A stretch of 61,440 nt of DNA, counting the filler, from Aduncisulcus paluster (lineage: Eukaryota): assembly GCA_024181965.1 (NCBI GenBank). It is 5 parts of 5 records of this genome, joined end to end, with 100 filler letters (N's around TTAATTAATTAA, not from the genome) between each part and the next. Parts side by side here need not be neighbours in the genome. Positions count along the whole stretch, not along the records: positions 38,384 to 56,220 come from BQXS01013848.1; positions 56,321 to 58,867 come from BQXS01013854.1; 3 more parts are not named here. One strand, 5' to 3'. The notes below the pieces were generated by a model. That model was not told where the DNA came from. It saw only the letters and a list, made by a program, of their open reading frames with translations, and did no database searches. This document shows positions 47,344-57,811 of the stretch, one piece after another. The position numbers and the translations under genes were made by a program. Positions within the stretch are counted from its first letter, which is position 1; each line of letters starts with the position of its first letter.

Positions 47344-47788
47344 ATGCCATATTCATTACCAAAAATCACAAGTGATCTTTTTGAATCACCCACTGCCAAA
47401 TTTTGTCCTTCTTGTGGAACTTTACTAGAAATAGGAATAGATGGAGCTAGTTGTGCTTGTTGTGGATATTTTTGCGCTCCAAAAGGTACGTAATCCATTT
47501 TTTTATTATTATTAATGCATATTCACATCTTTTTTATGATATTATCTTGTAGATTTGGGATTGTCTTCCTTCAAGACCAAAACTTCAACTACATTCAAAC
47601 ATGAGGATGTATTATCGGAAATTATGACAGAAATGAAACAAAAACGAGCAATAGTTGAAGAGGAATGCCCAAAATGTGGCCATACTAAGCTTTATTTTAC
47701 TACCATGCAGATGAGATCTGCAGATGAGGGGCAAACTTGTCATTATGAATGTCTCAAATGTGCTCATAGATTCAGTGTTAATAATTAA
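47344..47788 (+). CDS. RPA12: RNA polymerase I subunit RPA12 (exon 1 47344-47485, intron 47486-47552, exon 2 47553-47788)
   Basis: FCPSCGTLL...CACCG zinc ribbon, then an in-frame GTACGT...TAG intron, then CPKCGH...QMRSADEGQT...CLKC. Confidence 0.93.
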
Positions 47789-48134
47789 TTATTGATTTAT
47801 TTCCTATTCTATTATTTTCCTCTGAATTTATACAGCAAAAGATCATTTTGAAAATAAAACATTTATTTATATAATGGTGGTGATGCAGCCTCAAGAAATA
47901 CAAGCGGGGGGCGTAACCACTTTGTATAACGGGCGCAAACACTCAAATAAAAAGCGAAGGAAACAAAATAGTGATGTGATAATATAATATCAATGGGGAT
48001 CACAACCTTACATCGGCTACTCACTATTAGGCTTTCTTCATGACCTCATAAGGCCAAAAACAAACATAATGCTGAGCAAATAAATTCTAGGGAGAGTTTG
48101 TTTTCGCAAATCGAAAAGTAATCGACACGACATT

Positions 48135-48730
48135 CTAGGCAGCCCACGGAGGTTCATGCTCATGTCGCTGCTCCCAAACACACATTTTCTGTCGGAGAAT
48201 TGAAGCATTATGGTGAAGATCACCACCACAAAGACTTGAACAACAACTTGTTGACCTACGCTTTCCAGATTGAGTATTCTTTTCATGTTCCTCTTCGGAA
48301 CCACATTCATTCTCTTTACCATCAAAGATATCACCAAAATCAGGAGAATCTACAGAAAGATCCTTGCCCATATTAGTATCAAGAGGTGTAGAGAAAGAGA
48401 CGAAGGCAGAGTCACATAAATATTCGGAATCGTGAGAACTAAGGGAAGGTTCACTTTGGAAAGAAGAAACAGATTCCATTGTGGTTCCAAAAATTTCTTG
48501 AGCGTCGAACCAGGCATTCAAGGGTTCTTCAGAAATATCACGGTCGATAGGGGTTGAAAAGGGCTATAAATAGATAAAATATATCATGACAAACAAAATA
48601 TTTGTTGAATAAGATTGAATAATTGAGATGTAAGAAGTCGTGACAAACAGAAATCTTCGAAATTGAAGAATAAAAAAAATACAAGAAAATAAAAGTAAAA
48701 ACATACGTTGGCGTAAAAATCGAATTTCAT
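48135..48730 (-). CDS. Small acidic hypothetical protein, about 150 aa (exon 1 48730-48707, intron 48706-48564)
   Basis: MKFDFYAN followed by a GTATGT donor. A TTTATAG acceptor joins in phase 0 to the 48135-48521 ORF. Confidence 0.65.
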
Positions 48731-48849
48731 TGTTGATCGTATTAGTCAGTATGGCGGTTATCTCAGAAAGAAAAAAAAAAACTTAAATCAAATGAAAAAA
48801 ATTCTGAACTCTTCGTTCTTTTATAATATATTACACAATAATTCCATAA

Positions 48850-49096
48850 CAAGGGTTATATTATTTTTTTTCTGTGAATGGAACAATCTGACCTTCTTCG
48901 GATTCGGATGTTTGTTTATCCGTAAATTTATTCGTTCGAGCTACTCATGCTCTTCCCATACCCTTTTCTGAGGTTATGAGCCTCTTTCTTACGTCGCCTA
49001 CACCTATGTGTCCAACTATCTTCCAAACTCCGCAGCGGAGTCTCCGCTAGGAGAAAACTTTTCTTTACTTGAAGTAACTTACTTGAAGTAAATCGT
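48850..49096 (+). repeat. Dispersed repeat, copy 2 (homologous to 950-1131)
   Basis: See copy 1. Carries different palindromic insertions. Confidence 0.85.
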
Positions 49097-49203
49097 AAAT
49101 TACTTCACTCTTGTCACCCTGTACACGCCGTGTAGATTGAAATTCAATCAAGAATTCATGGTACTACCATCTAGTAGATTAAATTTATTTTGAGGATAAA
49201 TGA

Positions 49204-50512
49204 TTAAGGTTTGTATTTGCCAATCTCCTTTCCAAACCACCATACAATGCCTGTTCCATCCCAAGCTGATGAAATAATAAATCTGCCACTATGAGCCACT
49301 TGAATTTCATCCACAGTACCAATATGACCTCTAAGAGAGTCTAAGACTTCTCGATGAACAATGTTGCAGATATATATCTGGAATTGATCACCAGATTGTT
49401 TGGTTTGAGTAACATCACTACTTTCGATACCACCAGCACAAAACATCAAGGGGAGTTTTGGGTGAAGAGCAGCAACACGAACAGGAATATCACATTTCAT
49501 TACCTTGACAGTTTTAAAATGCCATGGGTCAATAATACGAACAATTCCATCAGTTGAAGGAATGATGATATGGTTCTTATCAGCTGTTATAATCACACGT
49601 TTAAGACCAGCATTAGCACCTTTAGCAACATCAAGTTCATCAACACCACCGGATCCAGCCATTTTGCAGTCATCTTCAGCCTTTTCAACAATGTCATATG
49701 TCCATTTTAAAGAGAAGTCTTTGGCATCATACACACGAACAACATTATCACTACATCCAACAATTAAAGTTTGATTAAGGGGACCCCAACAAGAAGAATT
49801 GCCGTTGATGGGAGCAGTAATCTTAGCTCCTGAGATTTCATGGATGAAACTAGTAGTTCCAAGAGGAATACGACCCACAATCTCCCATTCAGCAACAGGA
49901 GGATCGGCTAAAACATTGGAACCCTCTTCAGTTCCTCTTGGATCAACCGGAGCAACAGATTTAGATGCCATAGCAAGATCTCCAGGAATTCTATATACTC
50001 TAATCTCTTGTTTACATCCCATTTTAGCTGGGACAGTAGCAAGAACATATTCATGTCCAAATGAGATTTCTCCGGATGAAAATGGTATATCTGGTTCAAC
50101 AACCTGAATAAGTCCTCCATTTTCAATATTGTAGACGAAGAATCCAAAGGCGGTGGCAGTAAAAAGAATAGTGTCATCACAGAGCATTCCAAGACCATAA
50201 ATACGATTTCCTACATGAATATTTCTTTCCCATTCAACTTGTTTATCCGAGCCTTCAGATTTAAGCCTCCAAACACGGACTTCACCTAAATGGTCAGCTG
50301 TAACGAAGCGAGTATCATCTTTCGAGATACATATGTGACTAATAGGTCTTCCATGACCAGTCACTGGGAAAACACTGACAGACTGAATTACAAATCAAAA
50401 ATAAAAAAAATCAAGAGAAATAAGCTATTACAGATTAGATACACCAAAAAAACGCAAAAAAATCATTCAACAAAGAACATACAACGTCACTACCGGATTC
50501 TTCTTTGGACAT
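49204..50512 (-). CDS. EIF3I: Translation initiation factor 3 subunit I, WD40 (exon 1 50512-50483, intron 50482-50383)
   Basis: VTGHGRPISHI, WGPLNQTLIVG, GGIESSDVTQT and LRGHIGTVDEI...SSAWDG match eIF3i/TIF34 motifs. Phase-0 GTATGT...CAG intron. Confidence 0.82.
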
Positions 50513-50742
50513 TGGGTCGAAAACACCACATCTCAATCCCTAAAAAAAAAATTGTGATTGAGCCATTATAACTCTTAAATATCAATCCAAACTAATAAAA
50601 ATTCCCGAAAAAATATATAATATTTTTGTATTACATAATGACTGAACATTATTTGGATTTTGAACAGATCGTTTCCGGGCGATTTCTCGTTTCGACAAGC
50701 CACGTGGTTTTGTCACCTTATTGCTAATCAAAACAAAATAAT

Positions 50743-51808
50743 ATGTCCGCTTCTGGATATGATAGAGATATTACAGTGTTTTCTCCCGAGGGAATTCTTT
50801 ACCAAGTTGGTATGTCGTATCTTTTTTTTTTGATTCCTGTTGTTCTGATTTATTGGAATGATCTAATCTATCTTGGTGCCTGATTTGAATCTTTATATGT
50901 ATTATTCGCTATGTTTCATTGGATTATTATTATTTTATTCAATATTTTACTCTTGACTTGAATTTTTTCTAGTTTACACGTTCAAAGCCGTAAAAACCGC
51001 TGGAATTACGTCATTTGCAATTAAAGGTAAAGATTGTGTTGTGGTTTTGTCCCAAAAGAAAGTGTCAGATGCTCTCTGCGATGCCTCTTATGTTAAATTT
51101 GTACATTCTGTTACAAAAAATGTATATATGTTAGTCACAGGTCGTCAAGCCGATGGTAAAGCGATTTTGATGTCCGCTCGCTCAATGGCAAACGAATTTC
51201 AGAATGATTACGGATATGAGATTCCTGCTCAACTCCTCGCTCAGAAAATTGCCGATAAGAACCAAGCTGCAACTCAAGAAGCCTGGCGTAGGCCTCTTGG
51301 TGTGAGTTGTGTTTTGTTTTCTTCTTTACCCCCTCCAGCTGTTTCTGTTGATGAAGAAGAACCAGTTTCTGGTATTCCCGTGATGTACCATGTTGATCCT
51401 GCCGGTTTCTTCAGCTCTGTGGTTGCTATGTCCATGGGAACAAAGGATAGCGAGGGATGTACCTATCTTGAAAGAGTGATGCGTGCAAGGAAGGAGAGAC
51501 AGAAAAAGGAGGCCAAACGGAGACAAAAAGAGGAGAGAAAAGAAGAGGAAGAAGAAGAAGAAAAGGGTGAGAAACGTGATATGGAAGATGAAGAGGAAGA
51601 GGAAGATATGGAAGTCCAGGAAGGTGTCTTCGGAGAATTAACTGCTGAGAAATGTTGCTTTATCCTTTTATCAACCGTTCATTATGTTCTTGGAGAAGGA
51701 GTTAAAGCAAGTGATGTTGAAATGTATGTGTGTGATAAAGATGGCTTGAAAAGGAAGACGGATTCCGAAGTCGACGATTTGTTGGGAGTTATTGCTGAAT
51801 CTGAGTGA
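50743..51808 (+). CDS. PSMA6: 20S proteasome subunit alpha 1/type 6 (exon 1 50743-50809, intron 50810-50972)
   Basis: GYDRDITVFSPEGILYQV, KGKDCVVVLSQKKV, YGYEIP...KIADKNQAATQEAWRRPLGV, DPAG. Confidence 0.93.
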
Positions 51809-52235
51809 AAATATAACATTATAAACATATTTAATGTTGAAAATAATTGAAAATAAAATATATTGACGTTCAAATAGTGTGTTTTCTCCTCAACGACGAT
51901 TGTCAGTCATTTTTCTTTGCCAATAATATTATTATCATATCATAATGCGAATAATTTTTAAATAATCACCACATACTACATAATATATCTCATCAAAAGA
52001 TTATATGTTTAGGAATAGATTCCGAATTGTTCCTGGACTATATTCCGTCATATTCAATGACATATTACATTTGGCTTTACAATTTGATTTATAGGGATAT
52101 AAATAACAGGGGTCACTTTTATTTAATTATTTAATTTGGTCGATACAAAATCATAATACCAGAAACTCCCTCATCTAATACATTTTGATAGTAAAAATAA
52201 AATTGGAAATGTTATTATCACTTATAAGAATAAAT

Positions 52236-54803
52236 TCATTCATTTGCATCCTCAAATACTTCATATATCTCAACCTTCTCACCTCGGAGATGTTTTAATT
52301 TGTTCTGAAGTTTTATCAACTCTCGACCAAGACTTTTCTCAGCGTTAACAATGCTTTCAACACGGGTATCAAGGAGTTTCATCTTCTTTTCAATTGTTTT
52401 CTCGGCCTTTTGACACTTCTTCATCTCAGAGTCGAGTTGTTTCTGGGCAATTCTGAATTCTTCTGCTGACAACTGCTTTTCAATCGTCTTCACCCTCTTG
52501 GCCAATTCAATACCCTTAAGCTTGACGAGTTCCACACTATCTGCGACCGGAGAGAGGAGTCCCATTCTGACTGAGCAGGCCTCTTCCACAGTAACACTTT
52601 CTTTCATCTCCCGAAGAGCGGCCAGTTCATTTCCAATCTTTGTTACACGGTCTTCGAGCTCCTCCACACCCTTTGAGCATGAAGAAAGCATTCCATCGAC
52701 ACGTGATACAACAGGGTTTACAATCTCAGTATCAATCCTCTCTGTATCCAAGGCATGCTCCATCTTTGAACGAAGAGGAGATACGACCCCGTCTATTTTG
52801 TCAGAAACATACGTTCCATTATCACACTTATCTATATCCTTCTGCAAAGTCCGCAACTCTCCTTTCCGGGATTCACTCTCACCCTTGACTTCAGCGATGG
52901 CATCACCAACACCTAGCACATTGAGTTGGAGAGACTCAATCTGACTCTTCAAGACATCAAGACGGCGAGAATACTCTCCTTCCATCTTCTTCACCTCATC
53001 GATCACACGCTCACTTTTATCCTTGACTTCTTTCGCCAGGGACTGTAGTTCACCTTCACTTCGACACCTCGCCTCCGTCTCCCTTGTAAGCTCGGAGGAC
53101 AGAGATGTGACAAGCTGAGTAATATGAGGATGTACAAGAGAAGGTCCAGTCTTTCCGGGGGGAGACATAGTGGCCAGAGCAGACATTGTCGCATGCCCAG
53201 AACGGGATGGAGATAATCCCATTCGATCGGAAGACCCACGTCGGATAGAACGAGCCATGTTCACCGAGGAGTGAGGAGAGGGAGATGGGGACTTACTTCT
53301 ACGACCAGTGGAAGATGAACGACCCATTGTTGAACCCTTTGACATAGACGAGGTCTTGGGCGATTGTAAAAGCTCAGAGGGATGCATGGGGGATGCCACC
53401 ATGGGGGAAGCCACTCCTTTCTTTTCAGGAGGGGAAGAAATAACAACGGTCTCTTGTGCAGAAAGTGGCTGCTTGGAAGAGGCACTTCCAGGTCTCTTTG
53501 GAGTCATATTCTTCGAAGACACTCTAGAAATGGATGGAGATTTCCTACCAGATGGACTATTGGAGGTTTCTTGTGTCTTCTCGGCGTCCACACTAACAAT
53601 CTTGGCATGTTTGTGTAAGTCAGCAAGACTCAGTCCCCACACTTCATTAGATGTCTTTGTACCAATTCCACCATACAAAATAACGGTTGATAGAGCAGGG
53701 AAATAACAAGAAGAAGCAGCGTGACGGTGGGAAGGAATGTGATGAGAAGAGAAGGAGCGTTTGAGGTCCGCTGCAGTTGAAATCTGAAGCCACTCGCCTC
53801 CATCAATGGTTGTTAACATCCAAGTATCTCCCAGCAGTCCGGTCTCTCCACATCCTCCGAAAAGAACGACTCTGCCATCATCGAGACCACAGAGAGTGTG
53901 CTCGGTTCTTGCAACAGGACGGCTTTCAGAAGGAGGGAGTAGACGAGATGAAGTAAGGGCTGATGATATTTTTTCTTCCTTTCCTTCAGAGATGTCACCA
54001 GATACATCATGTTCAGCATCATGGAGGAGAGCTTCCTCGGCCTCATCACGTTGAAGACAAATCCACCGTTCCTCAACAAGATCAAATTCCCATAAATCAT
54101 TGAGAGATCCCGTTTCACCATCGTATCCACCATACCCACCAAACATAACCACTCTATCACCACTCATACACATAGAGTGCCCATATCTCGGACAAGGAAT
54201 AGAAATAGAATCAATTCCTTCATAGGAAATCTTCCTCCAAGCTCCAGAAACAGTATCAAAAATGAAAGTATCATTGTAATACTTCGAATGATCTTGTGAA
54301 GCATATCTATCACTCCCACCAAACAAAATAAGGGTTGAAGGCCCGACAGAAACCATGGTATGATAATAACGAGGACTGGGGATATCGCCAACCGTACTAA
54401 TTTTTTCCCATTCAAAGGAATAAATCGAAAAGATCCATGTATCATTCAAACATTGTTTCCCGGTATCTCCACCAATGACAACAATATCATCATCAACACA
54501 AACAGTAGAATGTCCCCTTCTAACACAAGGCCAGGAGGTAATTCCACGTTGCTTTTGAACTTGAATCCAGGAACCAGTTGAAACCTTATAAATGTGTAGA
54601 TCATTCAAATATCCCGCCTTTTCATTATATCCACCAAACAAAAAGACCAGAGAATCAAGTGGAGAAGTTCCAGCATCAGTTGGAGTGTACATAGCGAGAG
54701 GACCAGCACCGTATCTTGATAGAGGGGATACTCTTCCGGTTAAACTTTTTAAATTGTGCCATCCAGGAGTCTTCAACGCCTTAATATGACTAGCAATCTT
54801 CAT
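52236..54803 (-). CDS. Kelch-repeat beta-propeller protein with Ser/Pro-rich linker and C-terminal coiled coil
   Basis: Six GG-containing kelch repeats (LFGG...LNDL...W). Confidence 0.9.
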   Translation of the reverse strand: MKIASHIKALKTPGWHNLKSLTGRVSPLSRYGAGPLAMYTPTDAGTSPLDSLVFLFGGYNEKAGYLNDLHIYKVSTGSWIQVQKQRGITSWPCVRRGHSTVCVDDDIVVIGGDTGKQCLNDTWIFSIYSFEWEKISTVGDIPSPRYYHTMVSVGPSTLILFGGSDRYASQDHSKYYNDTFIFDTVSGAWRKISYEGIDSISIPCPRYGHSMCMSGDRVVMFGGYGGYDGETGSLNDLWEFDLVEERWICLQRDEAEEALLHDAEHDVSGDISEGKEEKISSALTSSRLLPPSESRPVARTEHTLCGLDDGRVVLFGGCGETGLLGDTWMLTTIDGGEWLQISTAADLKRSFSSHHIPSHRHAASSCYFPALSTVILYGGIGTKTSNEVWGLSLADLHKHAKIVSVDAEKTQETSNSPSGRKSPSISRVSSKNMTPKRPGSASSKQPLSAQETVVISSPPEKKGVASPMVASPMHPSELLQSPKTSSMSKGSTMGRSSSTGRRSKSPSPSPHSSVNMARSIRRGSSDRMGLSPSRSGHATMSALATMSPPGKTGPSLVHPHITQLVTSLSSELTRETEARCRSEGELQSLAKEVKDKSERVIDEVKKMEGEYSRRLDVLKSQIESLQLNVLGVGDAIAEVKGESESRKGELRTLQKDIDKCDNGTYVSDKIDGVVSPLRSKMEHALDTERIDTEIVNPVVSRVDGMLSSCSKGVEELEDRVTKIGNELAALREMKESVTVEEACSVRMGLLSPVADSVELVKLKGIELAKRVKTIEKQLSAEEFRIAQKQLDSEMKKCQKAEKTIEKKMKLLDTRVESIVNAEKSLGRELIKLQNKLKHLRGEKVEIYEVFEDANE

Positions 54804-55021
54804 ATGTAAATGTGTTGACCAAAAAACATGTATCGATCAATAGAGAAACCAGAACAAGAGTTCATCATTATATAGAGAAAAAAATATCCATCAACGATAA
54901 GAGTAATAACGAATATTTTGTTTTCGTTGTGCTAATTGTGTGTTTTCGATATTGTCTGGCTTTAGTCTTCTCCCATAATGGGAAACTGGTTATCCTTTTT
55001 GACACGGCATTTTCTTATTTC

Positions 55022-56220
55022 ATGTCTTTTTTAGGAATCGTTCTCTTTTCCAGTAGTTATTCGACTTTATTGGTTAAGACATTTGTCGAATTTGACCGTG
55101 ATTTTCTCGAGTTATTGTTGTCCAACTTTCCCCCACTCCATAGTGCAAGATTAAAGTCTGAGAAGTCAGCTAAATTAAAAGAAAAAGATTCTATTAATAA
55201 TATTTATGCATATCATAAACCTACACTTCGATTTTACCATTCAGTAGCTCAACCTTCTTCTACTTGCTCTTCAGATGGTTTAAAAACAAATCCTTCAAAT
55301 TTTTCTTCGGTAATACGATTCCAAGGGAAGTCCAATACAATTAATTTTGTTTATAAAAATCTCGATTCTTGTATAGCAGTCCTTATCGAAAAGGCTGGAT
55401 GTTTGCCGCAACCTAATATTGTGCGATCCCTGTTTTTTCTTCAACATATTTCTATCATTATAAAAACAATTTGTCGTGTTGTTACACCTATGACCGTATC
55501 AAACAAATCATTTGACATTATTCTTGCTTTGTGTGAATCGTGTGATATGTGTTCTCCTATTTCACCGCTATCTCTCTTTTCTGTGGCACAGAGAATGAAA
55601 ATGAAGAGTCTTCATGAAGATAGAATTGTTAGAGAGAGAATGATCAAGGAACACCAAGCTAAAATATTTGCCCATAAAAAATCCATGGAATTGTATCAAA
55701 AACGATTAGAACGCTCTGCGGAGGAAAAAAGAAGGAAAAAAATGGAGAAGAGACGTCGGAAAGGATTGAAAACGAAGGATATCGGTGATGTTTCCTATAC
55801 GGCGTCTCCTTCTGATCTCACTCTTAGTGCCCAATCATTTCGTTCAATTGATTCTTCAATGGTTAAATCATCTTCTGTCCCAAATGCGATGAAATTAACC
55901 AAAAAGAGTGCCGATAAACATATTCAATCCATGAAAGTAGAAATGGAGACCGTTTCTCCCTCTATCCAACATAAAAAGGATGATATACCGATAGAATATG
56001 CCGATAAAGATCAATTAGATGTTCATTTAACCACATCTTTACCTTCAGCGATGATCCCTCCTTCTGATGTCCGAGATGTGAAGTATAGCAGTGGAAATAT
56101 ATCGATTATTGAGCGAATTCATCTTCTTCTGCGAAAAGATGGCACCTCAAGCATGTGTGAAGTGAGTGGAAATGTGTTGCTCCCATCTGGCATGTCTGTC
56201 CGCCTCAATGTGAGTGAGAA
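55022..56220 (+). CDS. ARCN1: Coatomer subunit delta, divergent, 3' truncated
   Basis: MSFLGIVLF...FVEFDRDFLELLLSNFPPL, NFVYKNLD, SFDIILAL and MKSLHEDRI parallel the delta-COP longin and helix regions. IIERIHLLLRKDG...EVSGNVLL begins the mu-homology domain. Confidence 0.75.
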
Positions 56221-56320
56221 NNNNNNNNNNNNNNNNNNNNNNNNNNNNNNNNNNNNNNNNNNNNTTAATTAATTAANNNNNNNNNNNNNNNNNNNNNNNN
56301 NNNNNNNNNNNNNNNNNNNN
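56221..56320. other. Artificial contig linker
   Basis: N/TTAATTAATTAA/N. Confidence 0.98.
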
Positions 56321-56321
56321 A

Positions 56322-57119
56322 TCCGCCAGTGAACAGGATCCTAGTTTCGTCATTTCAAACATTGCTAAGGATTTAAAATTCGGACGTCCCCTGCCACCCC
56401 TTGGTTTCCCTGTTGCTTCTCTTGTTGATCCTGAGTTCCAAAAGACTGTTCCCCGTCATCATGTTGCCCACGGTGCCATCGATGCTCTTGTTCACACAAT
56501 TGACACTTACTTCGGTGCTTACACTGATATTGACGACAAGACATCCAAGGTAGCTGTTGCTCCTGCATCCATCATGGAGGGAATATTCCATGGACTTGTT
56601 GAGACTGCTGACAAAATCCTTGGAGACACTTCTAGTGTTTTCGATTATCACGCTCGTGCTGATTTGTGCTGGCTCTGTTCCGCTGCCTTGAATGGAATTC
56701 CTCAATGTGGAGCCGGTGGAGACTGGACTGTGCATATGATTGAGCATGCTTGTAGTGCAGCTATCCATAAGATGACACATGCAGCTGGTTTGGCTGTGCT
56801 TGTTCCATCATGGATCAGGTTTGTTGAGAAACACGCCCCAACAAAGGGTGCCAAGCTGATCCTTGCCCGCTTCCTGAAGAACTGTCTTGGTGTGGATACT
56901 GTTGAAGAAGGTGTGAAAGAATGGCGTGGTATGCTCAAGAGATGGGGAGTTGCTGTTGAGATGGGTGAACTCATCAAGAACCTTGGATGGACAAAGAGTC
57001 ATGAAGAGTTTGTGAAGGAAGTTGCAGCCATCTACATGAAGATGCCGATATCTGGTATGTTCCCAGCTATGAAACCTGAGTTTGCTGAAGAGATCATAAG
57101 AGGATCATTCGGCTTATGA
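56322..57119 (+). CDS. Iron-containing alcohol/butanol dehydrogenase (BdhA/YqhD-like), 5' truncated
   Basis: Frame open from the contig edge: SASEQD...FPVASLVDPE...GAIDALVHTID...GDWTVHMIEH...THAAGLAVL, with the D/H/H/H metal ligands. Confidence 0.9.
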   Translation, partial: SASEQDPSFVISNIAKDLKFGRPLPPLGFPVASLVDPEFQKTVPRHHVAHGAIDALVHTIDTYFGAYTDIDDKTSKVAVAPASIMEGIFHGLVETADKILGDTSSVFDYHARADLCWLCSAALNGIPQCGAGGDWTVHMIEHACSAAIHKMTHAAGLAVLVPSWIRFVEKHAPTKGAKLILARFLKNCLGVDTVEEGVKEWRGMLKRWGVAVEMGELIKNLGWTKSHEEFVKEVAAIYMKMPISGMFPAMKPEFAEEIIRGSFGL

Positions 57120-57811
57120 GCTCTGAGATCATAATGTTTATCGAAGAGTATACGATTATCATGTATTCTGACACCAACGATATCGCGGTGATATCACTGA
57201 TATCGCTTCATTTTTGAACTTTTATTTCACTATCGCATTCATGAAGGAGAATAAAAAAATACACGCCAAGAAATGTTCTCAGTGATTTAGAAATGGTCAG
57301 CGTTTCTTCAAAACTTTTGAATCANNNNNNNNNNNNNNNNNNNNTTGCTGAAGAGATCATAAGAGGATCATTCGGCTTATGAGCTCTGAGATCATAATGT
57401 TTATCGAAGAGTATACGATTATCATGTATTCTGACACCAACGATATCGCGGTGATATCACTGATATCGCTTCATTTTTGAACTTTTATTTCACTATCGCA
57501 TTCATGAAGGAGAATAAAAAAATACACGCCAAGAAATGTTCTCAGTGATTTAGAAATGGTCAGCGTTTCTTCAAAACTTTTGAATCAAAACAATGCTATT
57601 CACAATCATTGTGACACAATGTGATATTGTACATTGACTAACGGAGAGACAGACTCTTCAGTCATGAATATAACCAATGGTTATCCAGAGACGAAGATGA
57701 GTCATACTATGACAAGTTACTTGTCATAACCTTATTCAAGAAGACATGGCAGGAATAAAAGGGTGTGGTCATTTCTTTTGTTCTACAGAAAATGGATAAT
57801 TTATCGTTGAA

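Noticed and set aside
46881..47362. Duplicated ORF MLTKEYPQ... upstream of RPA12
   Set aside because: It is an exact overlap either side of a 20-N gap and an upstream in-frame extension of RPA12 exon 1. The same artefact occurs at 57081-57587 and at the 26.6 and 27.5 kb gaps.
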